The notes below the pieces were generated by a model. That model did not search any database and was not told the origin of the DNA. It saw only the letters and a list, made by a program, of their open reading frames with translations. From the NCBI GenBank assembly GCA_963777155.1, contig CAVZPM010000007.1, positions 1-64,000 of the forward strand: a stretch of 64,000 nt of DNA, in the 5' to 3' direction. The DNA comes from Candidatus Bathyarchaeota archaeon (GTDB lineage Archaea > Thermoproteota > Bathyarchaeia > Bathyarchaeales > Bathycorpusculaceae). Made by a program: the position numbers and the translations under genes. This document shows, piece by piece, positions 42,121 through 54,120 of the stretch. The first letter of the stretch is position 1; every line of letters begins with the position of its first letter.

Positions 42121-44503
42121 GGTATTTTTTTATCTCTATCACGTTTTTCTTGGGTTATAGGAGCCATTTTTTTGACTCTGTCTACGAAGTCGTCGAAAAG
42201 AGCCAATATTTTTTCGTATTGAGGAAGAGTTGTGGTGGTAGATTGAAGTCTAAGGGATTGTATTCCAAATTTTCCCAAATCCTTCTTGAACAGCATTACG
42301 CGTTCTCTCACCTTGTCTTCTTTGAATATGCTGTCGTCTCCTTCTACAAAGACAAGACCATCGGCTCCTGCTGCGAAGGCATGGAGAACGTGTTTGATTC
42401 CCAGACGGGCTATACTGGGCACTCTCATTATTCTTATCTCAGGAGAGTAGCTTCGCCTATTTTGTCCTCCTAAATCGACCGAACCATAAGCGGTCCTTTT
42501 CTCTACGAAAGCGATTATCCTTGGTGCTGTACCTTCGCCCCCAGCAATTCCTTCGATCTGAGCAATCATTTGTTTCTCAGTTGTATTTTTAAGATCTATT
42601 GCTTCTTTGGGACAGGTCGGAATGCATATGCTACATCCATTGCAGGATATCGGGTTTATGGTGACCTCGTCTTTGCCTTTATTAATGGCTTTATGGGGCA
42701 TTGATCAACGCAAATTCCACAGAGGTTGCATCTCCCAGGAATCAGATAGGCCACTTCAGGAGAAAACGATGTTTCCCCCTTCCCGAGAAAGGTTGCAACT
42801 TTGGAAGCTACAGCCATCGATTCCATAGTGGTTTCACGTACATCCTTTGGACCTAAAGCTGCTCCAGCTACGAAGATGCCTCTTCTCTTCGTTTCTACTC
42901 CTTTGAGTTTATGATGAGCTTCCAGAAAGAAACCATCCGGTCCCAAGTCAATACCCAACATATCAGCCAGCTCTTTGGTTTCTTTGTTAGGAACAAGAGC
43001 GGGACTGAGCACAACCAGATCAAATTGTTCTTCAATTTGTTTCCTAAGTAACGTGTCCTCTGCCTTTACTATTAGAGAATTACCGTTTGGTATGACTTCA
43101 GCTGCTCGGCCTCTTACAAAAATGGTGAGATGCTCTCTAGCCTTTGCATAGAATTCTTCGTATCCCTTGCCATGAGCCCTTACGTCAGTGTAGAAAATCC
43201 AAGGTTCTGCTTCGGGGACTACCTTGTCCAGTAATAAAGCTTGTTTTATGGCAGTCATGCAACCTATCTTGCAACAATAAGACCACCCGTCGGCTGTTTC
43301 ACTGCGACTTCCAACACAAAGGATGAAGGCCACTTTTTTCGGCACTTTGCCCGTTGAGGGCTTGTGGAGACCTTGTAGCATGAGTCTTTCAAACTGAAGA
43401 TTAGTTATGATATCTGGGTGAAAGCCGAAGCTGTATTGACCGACAAGCGTAGGATCCATTAGGCTGAAACCGGTGCTTACGACTATAGCTCCAACTTTCA
43501 AATCTATGAATTCATCTTTTTGCCCGAAGTTAATTGCGTCACTCTTACAGTTTTTTTGGCATATCCCACAAACTCCTCGGCTACCAGGTGGCCCTAAAAT
43601 AGATAAGAAGTCCGTAAGGTACAGACAATAGTCTTTGTCTATGACAGAAGCGTTCGGAATGGCTTGTTTGAAGGGTATGTGAATAGCTTATTCCTGAACT
43701 AGATTTTCTTCAAAACTACTAGTTTTCTTGACTGAACAATTCTTGGCGCAATCTTCACATGCTTTGCATCTTTGGGGATCTACATATCGGGGTTTCACCT
43801 TAATCGTAACTTCAAACCTTCCTGAATAACCTCTAACAAGGATCGGTTCTGCGTTAGTGAAAATCTTTATGTTTGGATGATGCGCTACCGACACCATTTT
43901 TGGAGTCAAAATGCAGGCTGAGCAGTCAAACGTCGGAAATGTCTTACTAAGTTGAGCCATGTGGCCGCCTATGCTTGGGTTTCGCTCAACCAGGTACACT
44001 TGGTAGCCTTTGTCGGCTAATTCAAGAGCGGAGTAAATTCCTGCTATGCCGCCTCCGATCACTAACACGCTCTCAGTTACCTTCAATTTAATTGGAGTTA
44101 GCGGCTCCAAATATCGAGCCCGATGTACTGCGGCACTTACAAGAACGATTGCTTTGTTGGTCGCTTTTTCCTTGTCGTCGTGAACCCAGCTACACTGTTC
44201 TCTAACGTTGACCATTTCCAAGAGGTAAGGATTCAATCCTGCGCTTTTCACGACTTGTCTAAAGGTGTCTAAGTGCATTCTAGGAGAACAAGAAGCCACA
44301 ACCACTCGTTCTAAGCCCTTTTCTCTAATAGAGTTCTTTATCATTTCCTGTCCGGGGTTGCTACAGACGTATTCGAAAGTCTCGACAACTTGCACTTGAT
44401 CTAAGGCGCCAATCGTTTCTTTAACTCGCGCCACATCTACAGTGTCGCTTATGTTTCCTCCGCAATGACAAATGAAAATACCGACTGAAGGCTTCTGAGA
44501 CAA
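42117..44503 (-). CDS. hdrA: heterodisulfide reductase subunit A with fused MvhD-like domain; in-frame TAA at 43688-43690 and frameshift near 42697
   Basis: CHCGGNI, SCSP, REQCSWVH, IGGGIAG, TFPT.DC..C, CVGSR, CCKIGC, ferredoxin motifs, then an MvhD-like tail. Confidence 0.88.
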
Positions 44504-44820
44504 ATGTCATCAACCTTCCCTGAAACTGTTTTCATCTTTGGAAGTATTTAAGATTTCATTCTTACGGAAAGATTCATCACTTCCTTAGTTAGAGCAGAAA
44601 TACGGAGCAGCTTGCACCGATCGAAGAATCTGGACTTTACCTCTCCAAATTAAAAAGGCGAATGCGAATAAACCCAAATTCAAGTACTCCCTAATACGCT
44701 GTTACTGCATTATTCTAACTTAAGCACAATCTTAATTCAACGGAGACGAACACAACAAAACAAGACTCGGCAAAAAGAATAAGACAAAAATTAATATACA
44801 GCTTATTTCCAATGAGTTAA

Positions 44821-45495
44821 ATGGGGTATAGAATGGTCGCAATCGCAACGGTACATTCTATGCTTGTGGAACTGCACAGCGGAATGCTTACTCTTGCATT
44901 TATCTGTATTATAGCGACTGTTGTTGCTCGAACTCACTTGAGAATGCGGAGAACTAGTGAGAGTTATGGTGTTTTTTGGCCGGTTGATTCATTCATGGGA
45001 AAGATTGCTATGTATGCTGAGCCCACTTCGTATGTGGCGGGAATAGGAGGGGTTTTCGGTCTAATTGCTTCAGCAATAATAGGCTTCTATGCGTGGCCTC
45101 TTGAACTCATAACTGCGACTCCATTGGGGCTTAATAAGGTCCTTTTTTCTGTTTTAGCCACTGAACTTTTTATCATCTTCGTTCTCCTACGATCAAAATA
45201 TGGAATAAACTTGTGGAAAAACGGCGGAACGTCGGCAGTTTACTCATCTTTAGCAGTCTTCGGTTTTCTTTTTATGGTCTTAGCTGGCAGCTACGGTGGA
45301 CACATGATGGCTAAAGGAAGTGTACTTGATCCAGTTTATGCACTGCTGGGCATTACTCCAGAAACTTTCGGGGTTACAGGATTCAACTTTATAATTCTGA
45401 TAATAAGCATGTCGATTGTTGCGATAATCGTACCCACAGCATTATTTTTACTCCTTCAGCGACGAGCAAAACACAAATTGAACATAAAGACTTAA
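44821..45495 (+). CDS. multi-pass membrane protein, DUF2231-like
   Basis: H..LVELH in the first helix, AGSYGGH late motif, about five TM helices. Confidence 0.6.
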   Translation: MGYRMVAIATVHSMLVELHSGMLTLAFICIIATVVARTHLRMRRTSESYGVFWPVDSFMGKIAMYAEPTSYVAGIGGVFGLIASAIIGFYAWPLELITATPLGLNKVLFSVLATELFIIFVLLRSKYGINLWKNGGTSAVYSSLAVFGFLFMVLAGSYGGHMMAKGSVLDPVYALLGITPETFGVTGFNFIILIISMSIVAIIVPTALFLLLQRRAKHKLNIKT

Positions 45496-45596
45496 GGGAG
45501 TACGTGTAAGTAGGCGCGCTTGGCTTGGAAACGGGCGAAAAATCAATATTGTCATTTTAATAATGTTAATAAAAATGCCCCTATACTCTAGTTCGG

Positions 45597-46298
45597 TTGA
45601 GATCAATGGCCAGTAAACTGTTTGTATTCAGACACGCTGAGACATTTGACAATAAGAACGGGGTTTTTTCAGGTTGGCGAGACTCTAAACTAACCTCTAA
45701 AGGGATTTTGGAGGCGGGAAAAATTGCGCTGCAACTTGCAGAGTACAAAATTGATTACGCTTTCACTTCACATCTTAAGCGAACCAAGAAAACATTGAAA
45801 ATCGTGCTCCAATACCACCTTTCGGTTCCCGTTTTTGTGGATGACCGTCTTATCGAACGCTGTTACGGCCTTCTGCAAGGCAGAAGCAAGGAGAGAGTAG
45901 TCTACGAAGACAAAGAGTTCTATGAACAGTGTCACAGAGGCTATAATACAGCGCCGCCCGAAGGAGAAAGCCTGAAAATGGTTGAGAAACGAGTTCAATC
46001 GTTTCTTGACGAACTTGGAAACTGGCTCAGGCAAAATCCAGGAAACGTTGCGATCTCTTGTCACAATAATTCCATTCGCCCTTTCAGAAGGTTTTTTGAA
46101 AATCTGGGCCTCACTCAGATGTGCACTATTGAAACGCCCCAGGATAATGCACTGATTTACAGTCTTGACTTGAAGAATGAGAGCTCATTGCATTCATCTA
46201 GGCATCGAACGCAACAGGCTAAGTGGGATGGAGTAGAGATCTCGAACCGCATAAAACTAGCTACAGACCCTCAAAACCCCTTAAAAGAATATTATTAG
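45597..46298 (+). CDS. histidine phosphatase family protein (dPGM-like)
   Basis: FRHAET, FSGW.D..LT, TSHLKR, ERCYG.LQG, PPEGES, SCHNNSIR. Confidence 0.85.
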   Translation: MRSMASKLFVFRHAETFDNKNGVFSGWRDSKLTSKGILEAGKIALQLAEYKIDYAFTSHLKRTKKTLKIVLQYHLSVPVFVDDRLIERCYGLLQGRSKERVVYEDKEFYEQCHRGYNTAPPEGESLKMVEKRVQSFLDELGNWLRQNPGNVAISCHNNSIRPFRRFFENLGLTQMCTIETPQDNALIYSLDLKNESSLHSSRHRTQQAKWDGVEISNRIKLATDPQNPLKEYY

Positions 46299-46448
46299 GA
46301 TCACGCCTCATGCGTGCTCAATCCTTGCTAAAAGTGTCCGTGAAATTTGCTTCAGCAGCATCAAACTTATCAGTGTCGGCTATTTTCAATTGGGTTTTTT
46401 CAAATGGTTTTTATGTGAGACTGCCCTAGTTTTGAGTGGTGTTTTGGA

Positions 46449-46730
46449 ATGGTTGAAGATTTTGAACAAGATGATTTCGACATGATTGACCCGTCAGCCA
46501 AAAGAGTTCTTGTTGCACTCTCCCAATTTGAGAAAGGTCTCTTAGTGACGGTGGACCTCTTACACAAAAAAACAGGTTTGATGCCTGAAGCCCTAAACGA
46601 CGCAGTGCGGCACCTGTCAAAATCCAAGCTCATCGACATACCTGACGCGCCAAAAAGACATGGCCCCTACGATTTCAACACCATCGAAATAACCGACTTC
46701 GGAAGGCAAGTGCTAGCGAAATTCGGATAA
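46449..46730 (+). CDS. small winged-helix-like protein
   Basis: Helix pattern with wing ending ITDFGRQVL. Confidence 0.55.
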   Translation: MVEDFEQDDFDMIDPSAKRVLVALSQFEKGLLVTVDLLHKKTGLMPEALNDAVRHLSKSKLIDIPDAPKRHGPYDFNTIEITDFGRQVLAKFG

Positions 46731-46788
46731 AACTTTGCAACTAAGCCCTCATCTCAACTAGGCAACAATACTTATCCCAAATTGGGAG

Positions 46789-46862
46789 TGGGCCGTACCG
46801 GATTTGAACCGGTGATCTTCGCCGCGTGAGGGCGACGTCCTAGCCAGCTAGACTAACGGCCC
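46789..46862 (-). tRNA. tRNA-Val(CAC), no encoded CCA
   Basis: Reverse complement GGGCCGT...TCGCC-CTCACGC-GGCGA...GGTTCAAATCC...ACGGCCCA. Confidence 0.95.
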
Positions 46863-47281
46863 GCTGTTTTAGATTGTGAATACATAGTTTTCCTTCATAA
46901 AACCTTTACCTATCCAACACCTAAACAGTAATCCTAAGGTGAATCTTAATTGAGTCTGTTTGAAAACTTTAGCGATAAACACGAGGGTCTTTTGATCTTT
47001 GTGTGTTTTTTTGGCAGCGCATTAGCTGGTTACGTGTTAATGAATCATTTCGCCCTATTTGGCATCTAATACCCCTCAGATTTGCTAACGTTGCGTTAAC
47101 GTTATATCGAAGAGTCTAAAGTCACTTAAAGAATTAATAGTAAGCAGCCCTGATCAACTAAGCAAATGTCGATGCATTCAGATTATCCTTAATATTTATT
47201 CTGCAACACAGTTCTAAAGAATCAATTGCCTAAATATAAAAAAATTAAAAAGAAGTAAAAAGAAAAGTTTTTAGGGAGATT

Positions 47282-47719
47282 TTAGAGGGATTTTACCCGA
47301 GTTTCAATGAATTCAGCTACCTTTGCCTCGCTAAAGTGTTGTTCTTCCTCTTGCAATTGCAGTTGTTTCTTGACTGTCTCTAGAAGTTTTTCGATGTCTA
47401 CAGGTTTTACCAGGTATGCATCTGCTTGTTTGTTTACTGCAGCTATAGCGTTCTGTACAGATGGGTAGCCAGTCACCATTATCTTACGTGTTCGTGGAAC
47501 CGTATCCTTCATTAGTTTTAGCAGTTCTACACCTTCCATGTCGGGTAATCTAATGTCTAACAGCGCTAAGTTGTAGACAGTTTTTTCGGTTTTGCCAATG
47601 GCTTCTTTTCCAGTGGATGCTAAGTCAACAATGTATCCTTCATCTTCCAGTATAGCTTTCATGGTTTTTCGTATGGTTTCGTCGTCGTCAACTACTAGTA
47701 TTTTTGCATTCTTAATCAA
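47282..47719 (-). CDS. response regulator receiver protein
   Basis: ILVVDDD, LLDIRLPDMEG, MVTG, YLVKP. Confidence 0.92.
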   Translation of the reverse strand: MIKNAKILVVDDDETIRKTMKAILEDEGYIVDLASTGKEAIGKTEKTVYNLALLDIRLPDMEGVELLKLMKDTVPRTRKIMVTGYPSVQNAIAAVNKQADAYLVKPVDIEKLLETVKKQLQLQEEEQHFSEAKVAEFIETRVKSL

Positions 47720-47738
47720 TTAAATATCACCTCCAACT

Positions 47739-50700
47739 CTAACACGGTTTGGTTGTTTGATAGGCAATGAAACTAGTGAAGGTTGTTCCTTTGCCTATTG
47801 CTGTTTTGACCTTTATTGTTCCTCCATGGGCTTCTACTATGCGTTTACATATGGCTAATCCAAAGCCCATTCCTTGTGCTTTTGTGGTAACTAGCGGTAA
47901 GAAAAGTTTAGGTAAAATCTCATCACTAATACCCATACCTGTGTCAGCAAAAGAGATTTCCAGTAGATTATCGACTTCCTTGCTGTCGATTGATATTTTG
48001 CCCACGTTTTGCATTGCATCTATAGCATTTTTTATTAGATTTATGAAAACGCGCTCTATTTTTCCTGGGTCAACCTCTATCGTTGGTTGATTTGGACACG
48101 TTCACTTGTATGTCTACATTTTTTGGAATAGTTAGCATTGCAATAGATTGCGTTAGCAGTTTGTCAACAGATAATTCTTGGAGTTCAAGATGGATTTCTC
48201 TAGAATAATCTAAAAGATCATTCACAATCTTGTTGGAGTAATTAACACAGTTATCGATAATTTCGAGCATCTCTTGGTTTTGGGCTTCAGAGATCTCCAT
48301 TCCTTTCTTCTTAAGCAAGTACGCCGAGTTCTTTATTCCAGTCAACGGGTTTCGAAGGTCATGTCCAACCATGCCTGCTAATTCGCCTATCGCAGCTAGT
48401 CGCTCTGATTTAACCAATTTTGCTTGTGCTTGTTCTAGTTGTACAGTGCGTTTTTTAACGATTTCTTCAAGTTGTTGAGAGTATTTTGATAATTGGCTCT
48501 GCATTTTTCTTGACTTCAGTTACATCCAGTAGCCAACTCTAAGGCAGCATCGACATTTCCTTCACTATCTTTCATAGGCGTAGTTGTAATCTCCAAGATT
48601 TTGGTTTCACCATTTACATCTATGCTTGTTGTGCAAACATCTAATGGATTTACCATCGAAAATTTTTTGGACACCACAGTTTTCACAAGTTGCATTTTTG
48701 CAATGAGAGAACACTGAAACATTTTTTGTCTTCAGTTTGTCCAAACCATTTCTGGGCAAAATTGTTCAGACCAAATAATTTTATATTCTTTGTCTACGAG
48801 CATGAGTCCGGCGCTTATATTTTCTGTGATGGCCGCAAGCTTGTTTCGTTCTTCGCGGATTTTTTTCTCAAGTTCTTTCTTTTCTGTAATATCAACAGTC
48901 AGCTCAAGCGCCGCAATTACTTTTCCATCTTTATCTTTAATCGGGGTAGCTATAAGTTCAAACCAGCAGGGTAATCCTTTGTCGTGCAGTTGTTTATTGA
49001 AGTATTCACGTGAGTCATATTCTGCTCCTGCAAAGATCTTCTTTGGACCACAGCCTGTACAGGTGGTTTTAGACGTGTTAAAGGTTGAATAGCATAACTT
49101 GCTTACAACATCTCCGTTGATTCTCGCTAGATAGTTGTTTGTCCATACTATACGATAGTCTTTGTCGATTATTACTAGTCCAGCGCCAATATTTTTTGTA
49201 ATGTCTTCAAGCATGTCGCGTTCTTGTTTTAGCGAAATTTCCAGTTGCTTTTGCTGGGAGATATCTCTAATTATAGCAAGCATACATTTCTTGTCTTTCA
49301 AAGTAACTGAAGAGACTGAGAGGTCTATAGGAAACTGCGAGCCATCTTTGCGAAGAGCTGTTACGGTAAAGTTCTTCCTTGAAAAGCCATCATTTCTTAG
49401 TTTTTTAAGTAATGCGTGATGACTCTTTCGAGCAAAGTGGAGGAATGATTAGTGCAGATATTTTTTTGCCAATTGCATCTTTTTCTGTAAAACCGAATAC
49501 GCGCTCGGCTGCTGGATTCCAGTAGATGATTCTGTCTTCTCCATCAATTAAAAGAATTGCATCCATTGCCGATGTGCTGATAGCTCGGAATTTTTCCTCG
49601 CTACTACGAAGATTATTCTCAAGTTGTTTACGTTCTGTTATGTCTTCTAGTTGGGCTACAAAAAGGACAGGTTGACCATATTGGTCAGAAATTGCGCTGA
49701 CTGTTACTTTTCCGACAATTATTGCTCCATTCTTCTTAATGTAGCGTTTTTCTTCGTTTAGCACATGGATTTTTCCATTCTTAAGAGCAAGCATTTTCTC
49801 CATCGCTCATTTGGAGATCTTCAGGGATGAGTAATCTCTTTGAATGTTAATTTCTTAAGATCTTCTTCAGTATATCCTAGAATTCTGCAAAATTCATCGT
49901 TTGCACTTACAAATTTATAGTTGGCATCTGAAGTTGCGATTCCAATTGGTGCATTGGCCACGATTGACCGCGATAATTCCTCGCTTTCTTTGAGTGCTTT
50001 TTCGATGCTTTTCCGATTTGTTATGTCAGATATTACGGCTAGCACACCAATTTTTTGGTCTTGATCATCAATAATTGGAGAGATAGCTATATTGGTGTAG
50101 ATAGCAGTTCCATTTTTATGGATTAACTCACATTCATATTGTCCAGCAATATTGTTGTTCGATTCTATAAGATAGCGTTTGAAGTTTTCTACATCTGTTT
50201 TCAGTCAGAAAATCAAATGCGTGTTTACCTATCATTTCAGTTTCGTATAACCTAGCATCTCTGCCATTCGAGGATTTACAAAGTATGTTTTAAAGTTATT
50301 ATCTAATGCCCATATACCCTCTTGTGCAAGCTCAACAAGTTGTCGATATTGCGCTTCGCTTTTAATGAGTGCATCTTGGGTCTTTCTTATTTCGGTTATA
50401 TCATGAAAAATGCAGTGAAGGTGTTTTTTTCCTTGCGATTGAAAGACTCTAACGGTGACTAAGACATCTCTTCGTTCGCCTGTTTTGGTCTTATGTTGAG
50501 TATGGAATTCGGTTCCGCCTTCAGACAGAATTTTCTTTATGTTGGATTTTATTTCGTCGAGGGATTGATTTGCATCTATGTCGTGAATTGTTAACTTTTC
50601 AAATTCTTCTCTCGAATAGCCTAATTGTGTGTGGGCTACATCATTGAATTCCACAAAAGAGGCAGTTTCAGGGTTTACAACAAGAACGCCCAAGGGAGCG

Positions 50701-51908
50701 TGATTAAACAAGGCATGATATCGTTGTTCTGCATCTTTTAGCTTTTGTTCCTGTATTTTCCGTTCCGTAATATCCTTTACTACGCCCAAGGCACTCCATT
50801 TTTCTCCCAACCTTAAAGGAGAAATTGATAGCTTTGCTGGGAACTCTGTACCGTCCTTGCGACGCCCAACTAATTCGACATTACCAAAAGTAAAATAGCC
50901 CATACCTACTTCAGCAAAAGTTTTCACTCCTGCATCTATCCTTGTTCTTCCATCCGGACACATTGAGTCTGGAACTACTAGTTCATGAATATTTTTCCCA
51001 ATTGCCTCTAAGCTTGAATAGCCGAAGATTTTCTCTGCGGACGGATTCCAGAACGTTACTTTTGCTTCATCATTAACAAGAATTATAGCGTCTCGGATAG
51101 AGTTTGCCATTTCACGGTATAATTTTTCATTCTCCTGCAACGTCTGTTGCATGAGCTTACGCTCGGTTATGTCCCGGAAGGTACCTTGATTATATTTTTT
51201 TCCTTTAAACTCAAAAGAACTTATCTTAAATGAAACAAATTTATGCACGCCTTTTTTCGTTACGATTTGTGCTTCGATAGGTTTGTTCATTAGATCTTTC
51301 CTTGATTCCTTTGTTAAAGCAGGCTCCATCAGAGTTTGAGTATAAATCGATGAGTAGTGCTGTCCAATCAAATCTGATTGATTGCAATCGATTAGATTCA
51401 AAGCAGCGGCGTTACAATCTGTTATTAAGCCTGTCTCAGCGTCAGCTATGACGATGGCATCGACTGATTCTTGGAACAGTTTGAGATATTTTCCTTCGGA
51501 TTCAAGGCAGTTTTCATCGAGCTCTGCTATCTTTCCTAAAAGTTGACTTTGGCTTTTTTTCCTTTCAGTTACGTCGTGGAGAATAATTAGGTCAGCAGGC
51601 TTGCCAGAGTATTCAATTTTGTTACCTTTTGGTTCTAAATATCTGATTTTATTATCCACCAAAAGGGGAATCTCATAGATATCAATTGGTTGTCCTTTTA
51701 ACCGTCTTTCTAGATTTTTTCGAATTAGCAATTTGGTCTTTGCGTCGAATGTCTTTAAGTCGTGGAAATGATTTCCTATCAGTTCTTTTTTTGGAATTCT
51801 AAGAAGTTTGCTTGCTGCATTATTGGCGGCTAGAATTAGTTCATCACCATCTATGATTATGATGGCGTCAGAAACATAATCTAAAAGCGATTCAAAATTC
51901 AATTTCAA
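47739..51908 (-). CDS. multi-PAS sensor histidine kinase, split into several ORFs by indels
   Basis: Serial PAS/PAC (DITERK) fragments; H-box GHDLRNPL; DTGMGI, GMGFGL and HGG ATPase boxes. Confidence 0.85.
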
Positions 51909-52239
51909 TATATTATCTGGTGCGGCTTGATTGGCGCTTGCAGTTTGGTCCTCGCCTAAGCTTGTTAATGCTACTGTGAGGTAATTCTATTTCTACATTT
52001 TTTGGTTTTTGTTTAGACTGATTGTTGTCCAAGCCGCATACCCAGGGTGAATTAATCGATCTATTGTTAGTTTGTATTCTTAAAAGAGGGAATTGGCAAT
52101 AAAGGGCTTATGAATTTAGAATCCATGAAAAAACTTTATTAGCCTTAGAGCTTTTTTCTCTGAACTAAATATCGCTACTTTCAAATCTTAATTCTCAATA
52201 AACAAAATACTTATATCGAGAAGGGGCTGATAGACAGGT

Positions 52240-52419
52240 ATGTCACGGTCCAATAGCAAGACACAAGAAACACAGGTCTTTCACGAAACAATAGTAATCC
52301 ATTCAGTAGTGCAAGAAGAGGTAGCTCCAACCAAAACCGTAAAAATATGTTGGAACACAGGCGAAGAAAAGAACTGCCGGGCATGCTACCTCAGCAAAGG
52401 ATGCAAAGCCAGAGCATAA
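52240..52419 (+). CDS. 59-aa protein with C-terminal four-Cys motif
   Basis: Manual translation MSRSNSK...ICWNTGEEKNCRACYLSKGCKARA*; TATA-like CTTATAT about 25 nt upstream. Confidence 0.5.
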   Translation: MSRSNSKTQETQVFHETIVIHSVVQEEVAPTKTVKICWNTGEEKNCRACYLSKGCKARA

Positions 52420-52554
52420 ATATTTCTCACTTAAAGTCGAGTTTACATTACAGAGTTTATAATTAATTTTGAAAATAAAATGATCAACTGATAATTTTTT
52501 TAATTCTTGTACAGCCATTTTTTTAAAAAGTGGGTTTGCGATATAAATGGAGAG

Positions 52555-52713
52555 TTATTTTTGAGACTTGCGTAATTCTAGAATTAATATCAATGCGCAT
52601 TCTTCGCACATGCCAAATGTGATATCGGTTTTTTTTCCTGTTTGGTCAGGTTTGCCCGCCATCGTCCAACCTTTTTTGGGTACTTCTTTTCCACATTTAG
52701 GGCATTTTGTCAT
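52555..52713 (-). CDS. 52-aa zinc-ribbon protein, Cren7-like
   Basis: MTKCPKCGKEVPKKGWTMAGKPDQTGKKTDITFGMCEEC...; GGAG RBS upstream. Confidence 0.6.
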   Translation of the reverse strand: MTKCPKCGKEVPKKGWTMAGKPDQTGKKTDITFGMCEECALILILELRKSQK

Positions 52714-52997
52714 GAATTAGTCTCCATTAAGTGATAATAGATTTGGTAATTGCAACAATGGACTATACGTAATATAAGTTTTATGAAGCTAGTGTTCATT
52801 TTTCTAAAAAAATTTTAGAAGTAAAATAATTTTTTTCCAGCATTTTAAGGACCTATAAATTTACAGATTTTGATCTATACGGGATATTTTTTAGGTGTTG
52901 AACATGAGAAATCATAGTTATTACGGTTAGTAGATAACTGTCCAAACAACTTTTCATTTTAGATCCAAAACTCATTTCTCGACTTGGCTTAAAACAA

Positions 52998-53622
52998 TTA
53001 TTGCATTTGATTGGCAAAGCAGCAGTAGTATTCTTTATCAATCTTTATTGAGATCAAAGGGCCAACTGTTTGAGAAAGTCTTCTTGCCTTGGATAGAGCG
53101 TTGGTTAGGATTGACAACAATTGCTCTGCATCTTTGATGTCTTTCTCGTCTTTTTCAGCTATTGCATTTTTTAGAATGCTTTCTGCGATAATTTGTGTTC
53201 CACATATTTCTGAATGTTTTATTAGAGTTGCAACTACATCCCACGTCATTTCTTCTTTGCATTCAAGATTTGTCCAAAGGCTGTTTCCCTTAGCTGATTT
53301 GTCAGATTGTTTAGGTTCGGTTTTGTGGTTGTTGCCTATGAGTAGGTTTATTCGTTTGTTCCATTTCTCTAGCCAAATATGTGTCCAATAACTCAAAAAG
53401 CATTCGAGTTCTGCTTTCTCCTTTCTATGGAAGATCGATATTTTGTCGAGTTTGCTTAAGATGTTGGTTTCCTTGTCCATGCCGGTCCAATTCATGTATT
53501 TTAGATAATTATGCTAAGTCTTGACATGCTATTTGGAAGACTTTGCGATCAGCACCGTTAATGTCCAATGTTGGGTCTATTTCTTTTATTTTCTTTGAAA
53601 GCATTGTTTCTATGTCGTTCAT
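52998..53622 (-). CDS. hypothetical protein; frameshift near 53510
   Basis: MNDIETMLSKKIKEIDP...QDLA joins (Y)YLKYMNWTG if one A is removed; purine-rich RBS-like leader. Confidence 0.6.
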
Positions 53623-54120
53623 TACATCATCCTTTCCTTATTGGCTATTGATACTCAACTCTCGTATCGTAATATAACTGGCTTAGGCTCGCATTCACAA
53701 TATTCCGATTTACGGCATATTCCAATTATTGTCTAACATAGAAAACTAAATGTTACTGAGGCAACGGTATTATTGTCTCATCTGGATGCATTGTGCCCAA
53801 CGATTTTTTTTAAGCAGTGATTTTGAGCTTTACAGAACCATGTATTTTGAGGTATCAAATCGGACAAAGACTTCACAGACTATTGTATTAATTCAATAAC
53901 TAAAAAAAGATAACCCAATGAGGCTTTGTGAAAAAATATCAAAAGACTTGCGTTTTTTAGATTCAAAGAAATGTTTACATACCTTTATTCATAGGCCCAT
54001 GTCTTAATTTCTTAATTTTTTTCCGACAAGGGACCTGTGTTCGTAATAGTGGAAAACGAAAGAATGAATACTATCCTTTTACCACTGGCATTAATTGTTC
54101 TTTAAAAAAAAGAAAAGAGA

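Noticed and set aside
43688-43690. Selenocysteine or other recoding in hdrA
   Set aside because: The stop is TAA at a position where Lys is expected, and the Sec-prone site has a normal Cys.
32945-46795. Island integrated at tRNA-Val bounded by TTGGGAGTG
   Set aside because: Only about 9 bp shared, mostly outside the tRNA, and no integrase in the interval.
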